Source of the DNA: Lophium mytilinum
Lineage: Eukaryota
Assembly: GCA_010093605.1 (NCBI GenBank)
Contig: MU004195.1
Location: 124,001-188,000, forward strand
Length of the DNA stretch: 64,000 nucleotides
Reading direction: 5' to 3'
Shown: positions 33,462 through 47,110 of the stretch, piece after piece
Layout of the letters: the number at the start of each line of letters is the position of its first letter
How positions within the stretch are numbered: the stretch's first letter is position 1
Made by a program: the position numbers and the translations under genes
The notes under the pieces: model-generated
Databases searched by the model: none
What the model was told of the DNA's origin: nothing
Seen by the model: the letters and a program-made list of their open reading frames with translations, nothing else

Positions 33462-33749
33462 TCAGCCCTCTCTCGTCAACTCTTGTAACATCTCTCGGGT
33501 AGCGCCTAAGCTCTTCGAGTCGCCGTATATGGCCGCGATGAGGCTAGAGTCAAGTTTTGGATATTCGCGCTGCAGAATAGCTTGGTTCTCATCATCCTCG
33601 CTCTGAGGCGCGGATGCCTCGAACGACTGCAGGTATTCCACCTGCTCTGAACGCTCCTGTCCCTGCGGCAAGAGATCTGTATCGCTTCGTCGTGGTGGTT
33701 GTCCCGGTGGGTTGGAGTACTGTTGCTGAGATGGCTGGTTAGATGCCAT
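33462..33749 (-). CDS. Small CUE-domain-like (ubiquitin-binding) protein, 95 aa
   Basis: LQREYPKLDSSLIAAIY...ATREMLQEL resembles the CUE FP...LL pattern. Good ATG context. Confidence 0.7.
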   Translation of the reverse strand: MASNQPSQQQYSNPPGQPPRRSDTDLLPQGQERSEQVEYLQSFEASAPQSEDDENQAILQREYPKLDSSLIAAIYGDSKSLGATREMLQELTREG

Positions 33750-34051
33750 GATCGCGGAAGCGGGAGGATGCGGCGCGGCGCAGCGCAGAGATTATGGATG
33801 GACTACGTTGGCTCGGGATGGTGCACGGTCAGGTTCTCGGCTTGCTTGAGAATAGAGTACGTGGGTTTAAGGCGGCGTGAAAGATGCTGGTGGAGATGTC
33901 CACCTCTCGTGTGGTGAGTCCAATGTTGGGGCTACGTCACCTGCTTACTCACCACTTCTAACATAGAATACCCACTCCCGCGCCTTGACTGTCCGTCAAT
34001 ATCCTACTGCCGGACTCCACTTTCAACCACCGCCGCACCAAGGACGCACGC

Positions 34052-36837
34052 ATGCCAGAAGACGCCGGGATTGGAGGCACCTCGTCAGGCGCCGCCTCCA
34101 AGAAGCGAGCAGCAGAGGACTTTCAGCGCGCCTACAAGGCTTGTATCAATTGCCGAACCAGAAAGGCGAAATGTGTTCTCACGACCGACGGCAACAACCT
34201 TGTTCCGCCCTGTCAGAGATGTCGCCGAGAGATGAGAGAATGCGTCTTCAGGGCCGAACGGTCGTGGACCAAGAGGGCAAAGCAGTCCTCGTTGGAGCCA
34301 GATCCGAATGAGCCACTAGACCACGCTGTTACAAATCTTTCTCTTCCTTCCATCATCCGGAACGGAAGTGCTTTAGACCATAGGTAGGCATTTTGTTTAC
34401 TTCGCTGTACTGAGTCACACCTCTACTGTGTAAACCTCTTTGTGGCACCTTGACGCACGTCTCAAGCGCTCGATGATATGTAGTTCCTAGTACTAGGCGT
34501 GTCTGCGACCCAGATGCTGACTACACTTCAGTGCAGAATCGGGTACTCGGGCAACCTCTGGCGCAGCATCCATACCCCCAATCACGTATGATAACACGTC
34601 CCCAATCCAAGAGCGAGTTCGAAGAGCCTCGTCTCCTGTTGCTCCCGGAAGGCTCGCCGACTCCGTGATGCGCACCGTAGTCTCTAGCTCAAATGACGCA
34701 TTAAATCTCCTTTTTGAGGCAGCTCACCATAGGGAAACCCTTGGTCCTCCAAACGACCCTGTTTCGACAGAACCAAGCCCAAACAACCAGCCTTTAACGT
34801 ACGGGTCTGGTGATACTCCTCCTGCTATGTCATCTTCGAGGGGAAGGGTTGGCAATCTGTCCAAAGCGTCGCCCGAAACCCTCCACACCTGGAATGCATG
34901 TCGCTTCGTACAAATAGGCTGGTTCTCCGCCCAGGAGGCAGTCACATACGTTGATCTGTTCTTTAAGAATCTCTCCTTCTTGTCTCCCGTGTTGAGCGAC
35001 TTCTACAGTGATCATCAGAACCATCATTTGCTCATATCACGGGATCCCTTTTTGTGTTCAACGATTTTGATGATATCTTCGCGGTATAATATTCTGCCAG
35101 GGGTAGGAGGAATGCCACGGAGCTACTTTATTCACGATCGGCTATGGGAACAGTGCCAACGGTTCATTATGATGATTACACTTGGCCAAGAGAAAGCGTC
35201 GAGGGCAAAAACCCGCACGATCGGCTCGATAGAGGCTCTACTTCTCATTGCTGAATGGCACCCGCGAGCTCTACATTTTTCGACGGGTAGCGATGGCTGG
35301 GACGCTGAGGTACGTTGCCCTCGAATGACGTATACAAAATGAGTGTAAAGGCTCACATTCTGCAGCTAATGAGTGCACCCCTTGCTACATCGCATACAGA
35401 CGATGATGTAAACTCCACAGACAACTTCTCGACCAGCCGATGGCTTGAAGATGTGGTAGAACCTGCGAAACGAAGTGACCGGATGTCTTGGATGCTTCTA
35501 GGTAACTCAATGGCGTTCATTATGTCTAAGTGGAAACTATGTATCTAACCCTTTTCTTATGCAGGCTGCGGTCTTGCCCTAGCTCACGAACTAGGCATCT
35601 TCGACGAAGGCGGTAACTTCGACAAAGCTCACGATGCTTCAAACCCAATGCCAGCGGGAACCAAGCTATTTCGATGCATTCGGGCACAGAAGCTACTATA
35701 TGTATTCATTGAGCAACTTTCTTTCCGCCTGGGATGTACGTCAATGATACCTCAGAGCCTTAATCACGTTCTTCTAGCCAAACCCGCGCTTGCCCCAATT
35801 TCGCCGTATGAGGAGTTGTGGCTGGTTCATATGAGCGCTTGGGTCGAGCTCACGAAAATTTCGAAGTCTGTTTCAGACACGCTTTTCCCATCTGCAGCAG
35901 TCACCAGACAGACTCTTCGAAGTGGTCGCTACGTTGGGCTTTTGCAGCATTTCCAGTCTCAGCTCAAGCAGTGGCTCAAAAAGCACGGCAACATGAACAG
36001 TAAGCTTTATGAAAGACGTCAACATCCCTAATACTGACTAGCTCATAGTTGCGGACCGAGATCTAAATGACATGATGTGTATGGAATACCAATATGTAAG
36101 GATCCACACCAACTCGCTCGGTATGCAGGCAGTCGTCGAAAGAACGCTAGCAGAAGCAGACGCAAATGGGCTACAGGGTGAGACTTTACCGCTAAACATA
36201 GAACCACTTTCCACGGACTACGACTTTATCTCAGAAGTCGTGGACGGAAGCTGTGACATTCTTTTAAAAGCCATTCGACTCGCAGAAACCGGCGCGCTGC
36301 ACTACGCTCCCGTCAGAGTCATTCTCCGAACTGTCACAGCCTCGGTATTTCTCATCAAGAGCCTAAGCTTGGGGGCCCCAAAGACAAGACTGGAGTCATC
36401 TCTAGAGATACTCGACAACTGTATCAACGCCTTGCGAACAAGTACCATGGAAGACGGACATCTTGCTGCGCGCTATGCTACCTTACTAGATCTGCACGTC
36501 ACTCGTCTTCGGAACAATCTTATCATCTCCGCAAGACCTCCCATGTTACCACAGAGACAGGCATCAGTAGACAGTCCCGCCGGTTTAGTGTTTCTAAGCA
36601 ATCAAAATGCTGGAGATTCTGGCATTGCGGCTCTCGCTGAAGATATCACCGGTATGATGTATACAGATGATTGGTTTTCACTAGTACGTATTGGTCGAGA
36701 CAATGACTATTAAAGAGATGCTAATCGGTCTACAGCCATTCAATCCTTCAATGGCGCCGTTCGAAATCGGTAATCCCCAGACAGCTTTCGGAACTGATGA
36801 AGGAAATCTTGATTTCTTCTGGGACCTGCCAGCTTGA
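34052..36837 (+). CDS. hmgR: Zn(II)2Cys6 transcription factor, Aro80/HmgR-like, multi-exon
   Basis: RAYKACINCRTRKAKC...PPCQRCRREMREC, GSIEALLLIAEWHPRALHF, EPAKRSDRMSWMLLG and a final exon PFNPSMAPF...LDFFWDLPA. Convergent with hppD. Confidence 0.85.
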
Positions 36838-37031
36838 GACATGAGTCTATGACCGAGGTGTAACTTCATTACGACTCCTCGGGCTGGGTATTCCACATCG
36901 AAGCCCGAATTGTAGGACAGGGACCCAGAAGGTCCTTCAGCAAACAGAAGGTTAAAGAAGTAGATGGAATTTGTGCAACCGCTAAATTACAGCATCGAAG
37001 CAAGCTCGAACATTTTCGACTTCTGTGTCGA

Positions 37032-38361
<1,330 letters not shown>

Positions 38362-38874
38362 GCTTGAGGATTTACAGTAGACTTTATGGCGAAAGAGGGA
38401 GCACAGAAAGAAAGTTGTTCTTATTGTGGTGTGTAGCAGCACAGGATTGGGGAGATATAAGTCAGAGATGCCACCATGATAGATTATATTGCACGAAAGT
38501 CAAAGCGCGGGAACGCGCGGGTCAGCCGACGACATAGCAAATCAGATATTCTCCTCCGCACTCCCATGGACGTTTATGTGGGTGTGACGACTGCGGACTG
38601 GATAAGCCGAGCAAAAGTGAAAGGATTTCCGCTTCGGGCACGCACGTGATGCCAAGACTATGGCAAACCGTGGATAACTCCGCCTTCGATAGCCGCTCCG
38701 TCACCAAACCCGCCAACAACGAAACGCTAAGCCGTGGCATGGTGAATCAGTCTTCCGCCTTCGTGATGACCGCAGCAAGATGCGCATCCGAGGGAGTGTC
38801 TAATAAGACTCTTTTTCTCGTCACATATTCACTTCACACTTACTACCTCTAGACACTAATCAGCGGCCTTCACG

Positions 38875-39591
38875 ATGGCAGTCCCAGAAATCGATCTCTC
38901 TTCAAACGATGCGCATGTCCTCTCCGCCCTCTTCGACCCCGAAGCCTCCTCATCGTCCTCGATCGCGAAGATAGATCCGTCTCTCCCTCCACTACCACAC
39001 ATGTCCCACGGAGAGCTTGCATCCCTTCAAACCGCCGAACGCGCCGCAATCCTTCCCATCGCGATCCCAAGTCCCTCAAAGCCCGAGACAGAGCGCACTA
39101 TCGCAGCCCTCTCGCAGCTCATAAAAGCCCACCCGCAGTATGCAAGCGCATACACAAATCGCGCGCAGGCGATGCGGCTAGCGGTTGGGGATATCGTATT
39201 CACAGCGAGCGATGATGGGATGGTGGACATCATCTTCGCAGACCTAGGTACCGCGATAGACCTGGCGACACCAAAGTCACCAAAAGCAGCTGTGTCGCCT
39301 CAACAGGCGAAGGTCCTTGCGACAGCGCATTCGCATCGTGCGTACTTATACCTTAAAGCGGCGAAAATGGCTTCAGATTCGCCTTCTATGCAGCTCTCCG
39401 GGCCCCAGCGGATAAAGGGCATGTCACACGAGAGACTAGAAGAGATGGCGAGTCGCGACTTTGAGACTGCGGGGAGATACGGGGACAGAGTCGCGAAGGA
39501 CATGGCGGTGCGGACGAATCCGTATGCGAAGATGTGTGGGGCGATTGTGAGGAATGCGTTGAAGGAGGAGGTGGCGGAGGGGAGGCGGTGA
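38875..39591 (+). CDS. hmgX: HmgX / TTC36-like TPR protein (HppD accessory factor)
   Basis: YASAYTNRAQAMRL and DFETAGRYG...NPYAKMC resemble TTC36 motifs. Divergently transcribed from hppD, its neighbour in the Aspergillus tyrosine degradation cluster. Confidence 0.8.
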   Translation: MAVPEIDLSSNDAHVLSALFDPEASSSSSIAKIDPSLPPLPHMSHGELASLQTAERAAILPIAIPSPSKPETERTIAALSQLIKAHPQYASAYTNRAQAMRLAVGDIVFTASDDGMVDIIFADLGTAIDLATPKSPKAAVSPQQAKVLATAHSHRAYLYLKAAKMASDSPSMQLSGPQRIKGMSHERLEEMASRDFETAGRYGDRVAKDMAVRTNPYAKMCGAIVRNALKEEVAEGRR

Positions 39592-40141
39592 TCGCAGCTC
39601 GATGAATTGCATTGGTCGATGGCGTTCTTGGGAGTTTGAGGCGCTGGAAGCAGGTGGAGACGCTGCACGGTGCGGCGTAGACGGTACCCTTGTAGTGCGG
39701 CACCGTCGGGAGCGTTTCAAACGGTGAGGCTGACTCGGGACGATCAGTCGACATTTCATAGAGCAGGCGAATCATACTGTATTACTAGTCAAGCGCTCGC
39801 TGAGACGCATACTGTACTTCTTTTAGAGTGATGCCGAGAGGCTTGTACGGTATCGTGACTTCGCGTAGCAAAGACGCGCGCGTAAATGCTACCCTTACTA
39901 TAAGGTAACTCTTCTAGGCAATCCAACATCTACGCCCCCAACCTACATACGCCGCGACACTACCCTCGTTCCTTGGCACTACCTTCGATCCTTGGCACTG
40001 AATGGCACAGCAGCGCTTCGGACAGATGTTGCAGGTATATCTAACGTGTCCTTCGTCTAGTAAACATATTACTCTAGCATTTCCCTAGTCTTGATTTCCT
40101 TGGTCTTAATTTCCTTAGTCCTCATTCATTCTAGCATAATC

Positions 40142-40920
40142 ATGGACTCACTCGTTTTTCGCGCATTTTTCCTTCTACTCGCAGTATACACAATCACCGT
40201 TCGATCGTCACCCATCGCAAAGTCGCAAAATGTCCTCCAAGGTCCGCAGGCCGGCCAAATCATCAACTCCACCCGTCTCGTTCTCAAGCTCGACTGTCCT
40301 GAGTGTTCTGTTGACAAAAGCGCCCCTTCATCACTCGTATGAGCCACCCTACCCCTTCTAGAGTATTGCTCACTAAAACCCCACAGATATATGACTTCAG
40401 CATAACCAACCTCTACCCACCAACCGTCGTCTGGACACCCACACACGTAGCACTCGAAGACTCGAAATCAAACCACCCATTCTTCCCTCCAACATCGAGT
40501 AGTCTAGGAAGAGCCTCGCACCCCCTCCTCACAATCCCCTCTTCTTTCTCCCTCGACGCCTACATCCAAGACCCCACGCCATGGACCGACTACAGCATGC
40601 ACGCCGGAATCGTCGACAGCTTTCTGATCCCCAATTCCTCTCCATGGAACATCACCCGCGTCTCATTCGTACTGCGGACGCTTGACAGTGTCCCCATTGC
40701 GGTCATCTATCTCCTCAACTCTCTTCCCGGTGGGGCGACTATGCGTAAGCGGATGGACTTTGTGTGGTGGGAGCTTGTGCCGGCGGGGGAGTACTACGAG
40801 GATGCAAAGGCGGCAGTGCAGAAGCCGAAAGCTAATCGGCCGTTGCCAGCGGGCTTGGCGACGAAGTTGCAGTGGCTGGCGACGGAGCTGTATGAGGGGC
40901 AGCTGGCTTGGGTGGGATGA
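40142..40920 (+). CDS. Hypothetical secreted protein, 2 exons; intron 40337-40386
   Basis: Signal-like MDSLVFRAFFLLLAVYTITVRSSP and LKLDCPEC. The intron GTATGA...CAG joins in frame to ORF 40339-40920. Confidence 0.7.
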
Positions 40921-41376
40921 GCAAGCCGACTTGTGGGAAGTAGTTCATGGTGGCGTGCTGAGAACCTCTCAAGTACGTACGAGCGGACGAAAGAAGGAGG
41001 TTGCACCCCCGAATTGGGAACGCATGGAAAATCCATGCGGATAGAGAGCGTAATGGCGCAAGTAGGCCTGCTAGCAAGAACAGCCAAGACACCCATTTGT
41101 ATGATCTTTGAGATAATTCCAGTCAATAAAAAAATGATGGCGTGAGAAAATTAGTAAGACTGAAGCCATGTCCTGCCTTATAATCACTAGGATGTCACGG
41201 AATATACTCCAGGCGCTCAAAAGCTAGTACTTCAACTAGGTATCATCATTTTACGTTGCCAGCACCTCGATAGGTGCGCCATCCCGTCAATGAGGGTATC
41301 GAAAATCCATGTTGCCTCCCTTTAATGCATGCCATGCTCCATATAGCCTCTAAGGACTCCCTATCATCTCGCCCAA

Positions 41377-42543
41377 TCATTCAAAAACTGCCATATTTCT
41401 CTCAAGCTCCCTCCGCCACCCCATAGCCAACCCCAACTTCTCCCCCCTCGGAATCACTTCAACTAGACTTCGCAGGTAGTCTGCCACTGCCTGCATGCTC
41501 TCCTGCTTCTTCGAGGTAAACTCGGCATCACGAAGAAACGTGATACCCCTCGCGGAACACCGCTCGTCGAAGATCTTAACTAATGCCAGCTTCCTCGCCA
41601 CCGCCTGGTCGTCGATCGGCGTATGGGCGAGGAACGCCCTGGTAGGATTCCACTTCGTGAACGGCACGACGCCCGAGAATTCCCAGTCGAGAACGGCCGT
41701 GATCTTGTGCGTCGCCCTATCGTACATGACATTGTGGAAATGCAGGTCCTTGTGCGCCAGGCGGAGCTTGACACGGTTCAGCTCCTCGGCGTCTCTTTGA
41801 ATAGCGTTAATGAAGCGATTGATTTCTGGAAGAAGCTCGCGCATGCCGCCTAGTGCTTCGTGACGTCTGATGGCGTAGACATACTTCTGGATGTGCGCGG
41901 TGATGTACTCGACGTAGGTGGAGAACGGGCCCTGGATATTGAGCGACTCGACGCTCTCACGGGGCCATATCCGCGCGATATCTGGAACCTGCCAGAAGCT
42001 CTCCTCCAGCACGGGTCCTGAGACAATCTTGCCGTCGACAATGCGCAGACCGCCGATGTGCTGCCACTCTACAGCATGAAGCTCGGCGAGATAGTCAGCA
42101 AAGGCATCGAGCACAGTCATTCGCAGGTTTTCGTCAAGATGCGGCCACTCCACGTCTAGAGTGTTGCCAACGGCACGTGTGAGGATTGTGTATTCATGCC
42201 GGATCGGGTTATCTGTAGACGAGTCGTAACGCACAACCTGCGGAATCGGGATCTTGGTGCTGCCCGCAACCCACGACATGACGGCGACCTCATTCTCCGT
42301 CTTGATGCGGGGCAGGTGGGTGCCGGAGATGCGCAGCACGAGGTCATGATGCGGGGAGTCGGGGTAGACGAGCAGCCAGATGGAGTGGTATTCGCCCTCA
42401 TTCGCCCATCGGCGCACGCGTGTTGGCCGCTCGAGTTGCACGGAGTCGATCAGCTGGTGGATCTGGTGCTCGGGGATCTTGGGCAGCTTGTCGTTGATGT
42501 GGCCGAGATTGTAGAGGTTCCCCAGGCCGGACGAGGTCGGCAT
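41377..42543 (-). CDS. APH/choline-kinase-like phosphotransferase
   Basis: Brenner-type motif HKDLHFHNVM, VLDWEFSG and NEVAVMSWV...IPIPQV. Intronless, 388 aa. Confidence 0.88.
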   Translation of the reverse strand: MPTSSGLGNLYNLGHINDKLPKIPEHQIHQLIDSVQLERPTRVRRWANEGEYHSIWLLVYPDSPHHDLVLRISGTHLPRIKTENEVAVMSWVAGSTKIPIPQVVRYDSSTDNPIRHEYTILTRAVGNTLDVEWPHLDENLRMTVLDAFADYLAELHAVEWQHIGGLRIVDGKIVSGPVLEESFWQVPDIARIWPRESVESLNIQGPFSTYVEYITAHIQKYVYAIRRHEALGGMRELLPEINRFINAIQRDAEELNRVKLRLAHKDLHFHNVMYDRATHKITAVLDWEFSGVVPFTKWNPTRAFLAHTPIDDQAVARKLALVKIFDERCSARGITFLRDAEFTSKKQESMQAVADYLRSLVEVIPRGEKLGLAMGWRRELERNMAVFE

Positions 42544-42913
42544 GGTCGGATGCGACGTGTCAGTCTAGATATTTATGTCCTTTTTTTAAGGGTCTCTGCA
42601 TGGTGCAGACGTTGCGCAACCCGGCGCTAGTCCGGCTGTGGACTGAGCGCTTGGAATACACTAGGAATACTTGCCGATCGGCCAATTCACCTATCAATGC
42701 CGCTAAAATGCCACCATTGTCTGATATTGCCTGTATCATGCATCTGCATGTAATAGTTTGCAAGGCACAGTTTTGGGTTGCGAAAGACTTCTGATAGAAT
42801 ATTCTACATGTTCATACACTCGACTCAAAAATGATATAAGAAGGTGGAAAATAAACAAGTAAAACAGCACCTCAAAACCGGACTCCAGATCAACCGAACT
42901 CCTATCAAGGGAA

Positions 42914-45497
42914 TCATGCTGGTCTGATCCCCTGGAAAGTACTCCCCAAGTCCAAGCTTTCAACGTTCGAAGTCCATCGCCGGAACGGAGGAATAACCAC
43001 CTTCCAACCGTGCTGCTTAGCCTCGTTGAGAATAGCTGCCATTGCTCCTTCAACCTCAGTGTCGTCCTTCGCACATATGACGAACGTTGTCATGTAGAAC
43101 ATGACAAACGGGTACTGCGAGTTCATATAATGATCGAGGCAGTACTGCCATGCCCGTTCAGACCATGGCCTATCAAACGGCATGACATTCCACTGGTAGA
43201 TGTAGCCTTCCCAAGTCGCGAAGTTCAGCCCGCCCTTACCGAGCCGGCCCACAGCAGGCATCGGCCATGCGCAGTAGCTCGTCTGGATGGAGCCTTTGGC
43301 CATGACTGCATGGGGATTCTTCTCTTTGAATGAGTTTGCGAAGTCCAGAAGGCAGTTGGGTGGCGGCAGGACTTGGAGCGCTGATGTAAGCTGCATCAAA
43401 TCCGAATCCGCTTCAAACTCGTAGGGAAAGTATAGGTCAGGGGCACCGTCTGCACCTTGGAGGACCACAGGACGTGTCTGAGGAGCCTCGTACTCCTGGA
43501 CGAGACTAATGAGCCCATTGCGTTCCATTTCATCGACGACGGTCATGATGAAGCGATTCTCGTCCCGAAAGCCACAGTCTCCAGTCTCTGGGCAACTGGG
43601 TGATAGTTTTAGGTCTGGATTCCAGCATCTAACCCTACTGCCCTCGTACTTGACATATTCAGGGGGCGGATACCTGATGTCGGGCGTGTCTTGTACCGTT
43701 ACCTGGTCCAGGAAGATCTGCTGAACCGCAGGAGGAATCACGTCTCGAATGACTTGCTTCACTACCTCCCTAGGGGATGGATCGCCAGTGAGCATGAGCA
43801 AGGCATCCTGTACAATATCGAAAAGTGAGAAAGGAAGACCAGGTGTCTTATCGACGATGACTATTTGCCAAGAATCCACAACGATAGGGTCGTACATCGA
43901 CGACGTTTTCCTCAGACGAAGGTCGTTTTTGATGTCTTCCAAGTTGACTTCAGTAGTCCACTCTGCAGCCTTGATCATCTCCTTGGTTCTGGCGGAGCGC
44001 TTTCGCTTAATGAATAAATCATCATCAGAAGGATATATTGCGGCATCGGCATCGACTCCCTGGTAGGCGACTAGAACTAGACGTTCAGTACGTTTGCGCA
44101 ATTCATCTAGAAGCCCCTCGGCTAACGGATCTCCGATAGCCATTTGGGCCGTAATATAGTTTCGACTTTCCACCTCGACGAATGAATCGTCAATCTGTTC
44201 GGCGGATGATGCCAGGAGGCCTTTGCTTGAAGGAATGAAGCCGAAATATACACCGGTTGTGCAGTCGAGTAGCGGACTGTCGGGATCGTACCAGGCTTCA
44301 CAATAGAGCCCAATCATCGACAGCTTACAGATCGTTGCATAGTCATCGAAGTTCTGACAAATGCCCCCAAACGTCCAGGGAGTGAGTACTTGCGGCAGCC
44401 AACGATATAGCATGTCCCAGCAGGGCTTGATCATTCGGAGTCCTTCGGTGCTACACGGGATAATGCCGCCCAAGATCCGAATGGTTCTCACTTCCCTAGC
44501 TGCAAGCGTCTGCGCACATGTTGCAACTCTGAGGTACTGGAGGGCATGCGGACGCCATGCCTTTTCGAAGAAATCGATATAAGTTTCAACCTCGCTAGCA
44601 TGTCGCCCTTTCAGAAACTCGTCGATAGTCGCAGCCTGTGTTGCATGTTGGAGAACATCAGGCTCGCTCTCGTGCAGGACCAAAACCCTAAACCAGGCGC
44701 GTAGGATGTCGGTCCCACCATCGATAATTCTAGCTTTAGGGGGATCCGGATTGGCAGAGAAGGCTATGCCTTTCGAGTCGTCAAGGTCGGGTACGATGCT
44801 GTAAAGACGCCGGATAGCATCAGCGCAAAGGTTAGCATAGAAATGCTTGAAGATGAGGATTGTTCCATCATCAGGAATGTGCTGAAGCTCGGCGATGGGG
44901 ACTCGAGGATCCAAAGGGGATTGATGGACAGTGATGGGTACGTCAAGACCGCTGCATGGAGAGATCGAATTGACCATGGGCCTGTGCACAGAGAGTGTTG
45001 AAACTGGAGTACGTGCATCAATAAAACTGCCGTTGGTGAAAGAAGCGCGGAAGCTTACCCATCTTGCGGTCAGCCATACCCCGAACGTCCTGTTCCAGTT
45101 CCATAATCCATTGGATATGGTCGGCGGTGTCTCTTCCTCGTTTGTAGAATCGTTGGCTGATTTGTTTTCGGAGCTCAAGGGCCTGGCACAGCTTGTACAC
45201 TTTTATCTTGGCTATATCTGGAGTGAGTAGACTTTGGACGAAGACGGCCTCCTGTTGGGCTTGTTTCCACGTGGCATTCAGCGACTTCATCTCGTTGAAA
45301 TGTCGTATACACCAGGCCTGGCCTTCGGCCTCGAGTACGGTGCTGCATGGCTGTCCGTCGATCTCAACTGCATCGCACTTGGTTCCTATTAGCTGTGGAG
45401 AGGTCGGTGGCTCAGACGAGTAAAGTAGACTCCGGAACCTCGTTTTGTTGTTCGGAGAGAAGCACTGGGATGCCTGGATGCGGAGCTGTGGACTCAT
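42914..45497 (-). CDS. Large uncharacterised protein (~842 aa), 2 exons; intron 45004-45058
   Basis: An intron GTAAGC...ATTGAT...CAG joins ORF 45018-45599 (ATG 45497) in frame to ORF 42914-45178. The N-terminus has a C-x8-C...C-x2-H pattern. Confidence 0.75.
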
Positions 45498-47110
45498 GGC
45501 GAGAGGAAGAAGTGACCCTTCGGTTTGTGCTGTGAGTTTGGATTTAGAAAACCATGGAGTCTTCAGGGAAGGGAGTAGATATACTGATGATAAAGACAAG
45601 ATAACTTAAGCGGGATGTCTATTTCTGGAATACCCAGCATTTTAGAAGTCTGCGATGCTGCAGTTTGAGGTAATGTCTAGCCTCCGTGTCTCTTTTAGCG
45701 ATGGCACAATTTGAGGGCATGTCGACACTCCATGCCCCTACTAGCAGCAGTTGTCCTTTCGATCGTCATCTATTCCGGGGGTTTCCAAAATAATTCTAGT
45801 TGTCGAAGACGCAAGCCGATATCTAGCTGGCGTTTAGTGTAGTGGTTAGCAACCGAGCTCCAGATCAAGGTCTATTTCGAGACGGTCAGAAGAAGAGGGC
45901 GAGGTTTCCACGTCGAAGATCTAGTGGGTAGAGATTGGCGGTTCGGGCCTCTGGACATGCAGCATTGCGGCAAAGTTGAAATGCGAGAATGCGGCACAGT
46001 TCAAGAACGTTTACCCCTCACGATAAGGTCATTATGTAGCTTGATACCGTCATCCCTGCTCGGATCGTCCGCGACCGTGCGCCATGGGGGTTTTCGTAGC
46101 GCAATTCACCCTTGTGGTGCACCGTCAGGGAGATTAAAAAACTGTTCCTCAATCACATGGTGGCAGGACCCACCAAGAAGGTTGTCCGGGAAAGGCACCC
46201 AGCGAAGAAAAAGTGAGCATCATTGGGAAAGTTTCGCCAGGTGCCGTTCTTTTTCGTGTGATGTATTCTGGGGCTCATGGAGGAGCACTCTGCGCTCATC
46301 GCACAGGCGCCACAAGAAGAGAAGGTGTTGTGGACATGTAATGCGGGCCGTACCCGAAGAAAGCGCCAGCTGCGAGATAAGTCGATGCACCGTTCATGGA
46401 GGCCAACTCCCAAGATGATTGGTGTGGAGTTGCCGGTTATGTGCGTCTGCGGCGAGGCGGCGGTTATGCAGGTGGCGCGAATGCGGCCAGGGTATTCCAA
46501 GGTTGGACTGGTCGAGGTGCATGCGGCGAGGCCTCGCGTGCTTCTCGAGGTACCGAAGCATCTCGAGATGCTGTCCGAAAATCTCCACAGCTGTCAATGT
46601 TCGCGCTGTGAGATAAGGCAAGTTGGGCATCGGAGAGAACCGTGTGAATGGGCAACGGACTAGACTTCGGCAAACTTAGCTTGCCATGTATGTATGTACA
46701 TATTTCTTCTTTGAAAGTTCTAGATACTTTGCGGCTCAGCAAACATATTACTTGAAGAGCTTTGGTTTGGGAATATGATTCACTTCACCTGGAATATTCT
46801 CTTGCTCTAAGATGGTTTCTATTCTTACCTGCAAGCGCAGCGAACTGATGATGCCAAGTAACGAGGCAGCCGCGCATCTGATGCATGAAAACACCACCAA
46901 CACTCCGAATTGCAGGGATACACACGACGTCCAATGAACCGTGTGTACTAGTGCATGTCTAGCCTGTATACCTCCGTGGTGCAGACAGGACAGAGACCTA
47001 CCCCCATGAAGACGCTGATTCATATGCCGGGCTTGCGAGTATTCAGAAAGAGCAAGAATAGTTCCATAATGAAACATCGGCATTGCTCTGGCCGAAACTG
47101 CCCATCTTCC

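Noticed and set aside
45828..45885. tRNA 5'-half-like sequence TGGCGTT-TAGTGTAGTGGTTAGCA-ACCGAG-CT-CCA (A-box/D-arm look-alike), checked as a possible second intron-split tRNA
   Set aside because: The D stem is imperfect. I found no T arm or complementary 3' acceptor strand downstream, with or without removing a GT-AG segment. At best a relic.
46277..46663. Possible GRF-type zinc-finger gene
   Set aside because: Only the CxCG half is present in frame and the second half of the motif is unconvincing, so it was not called as a CDS.
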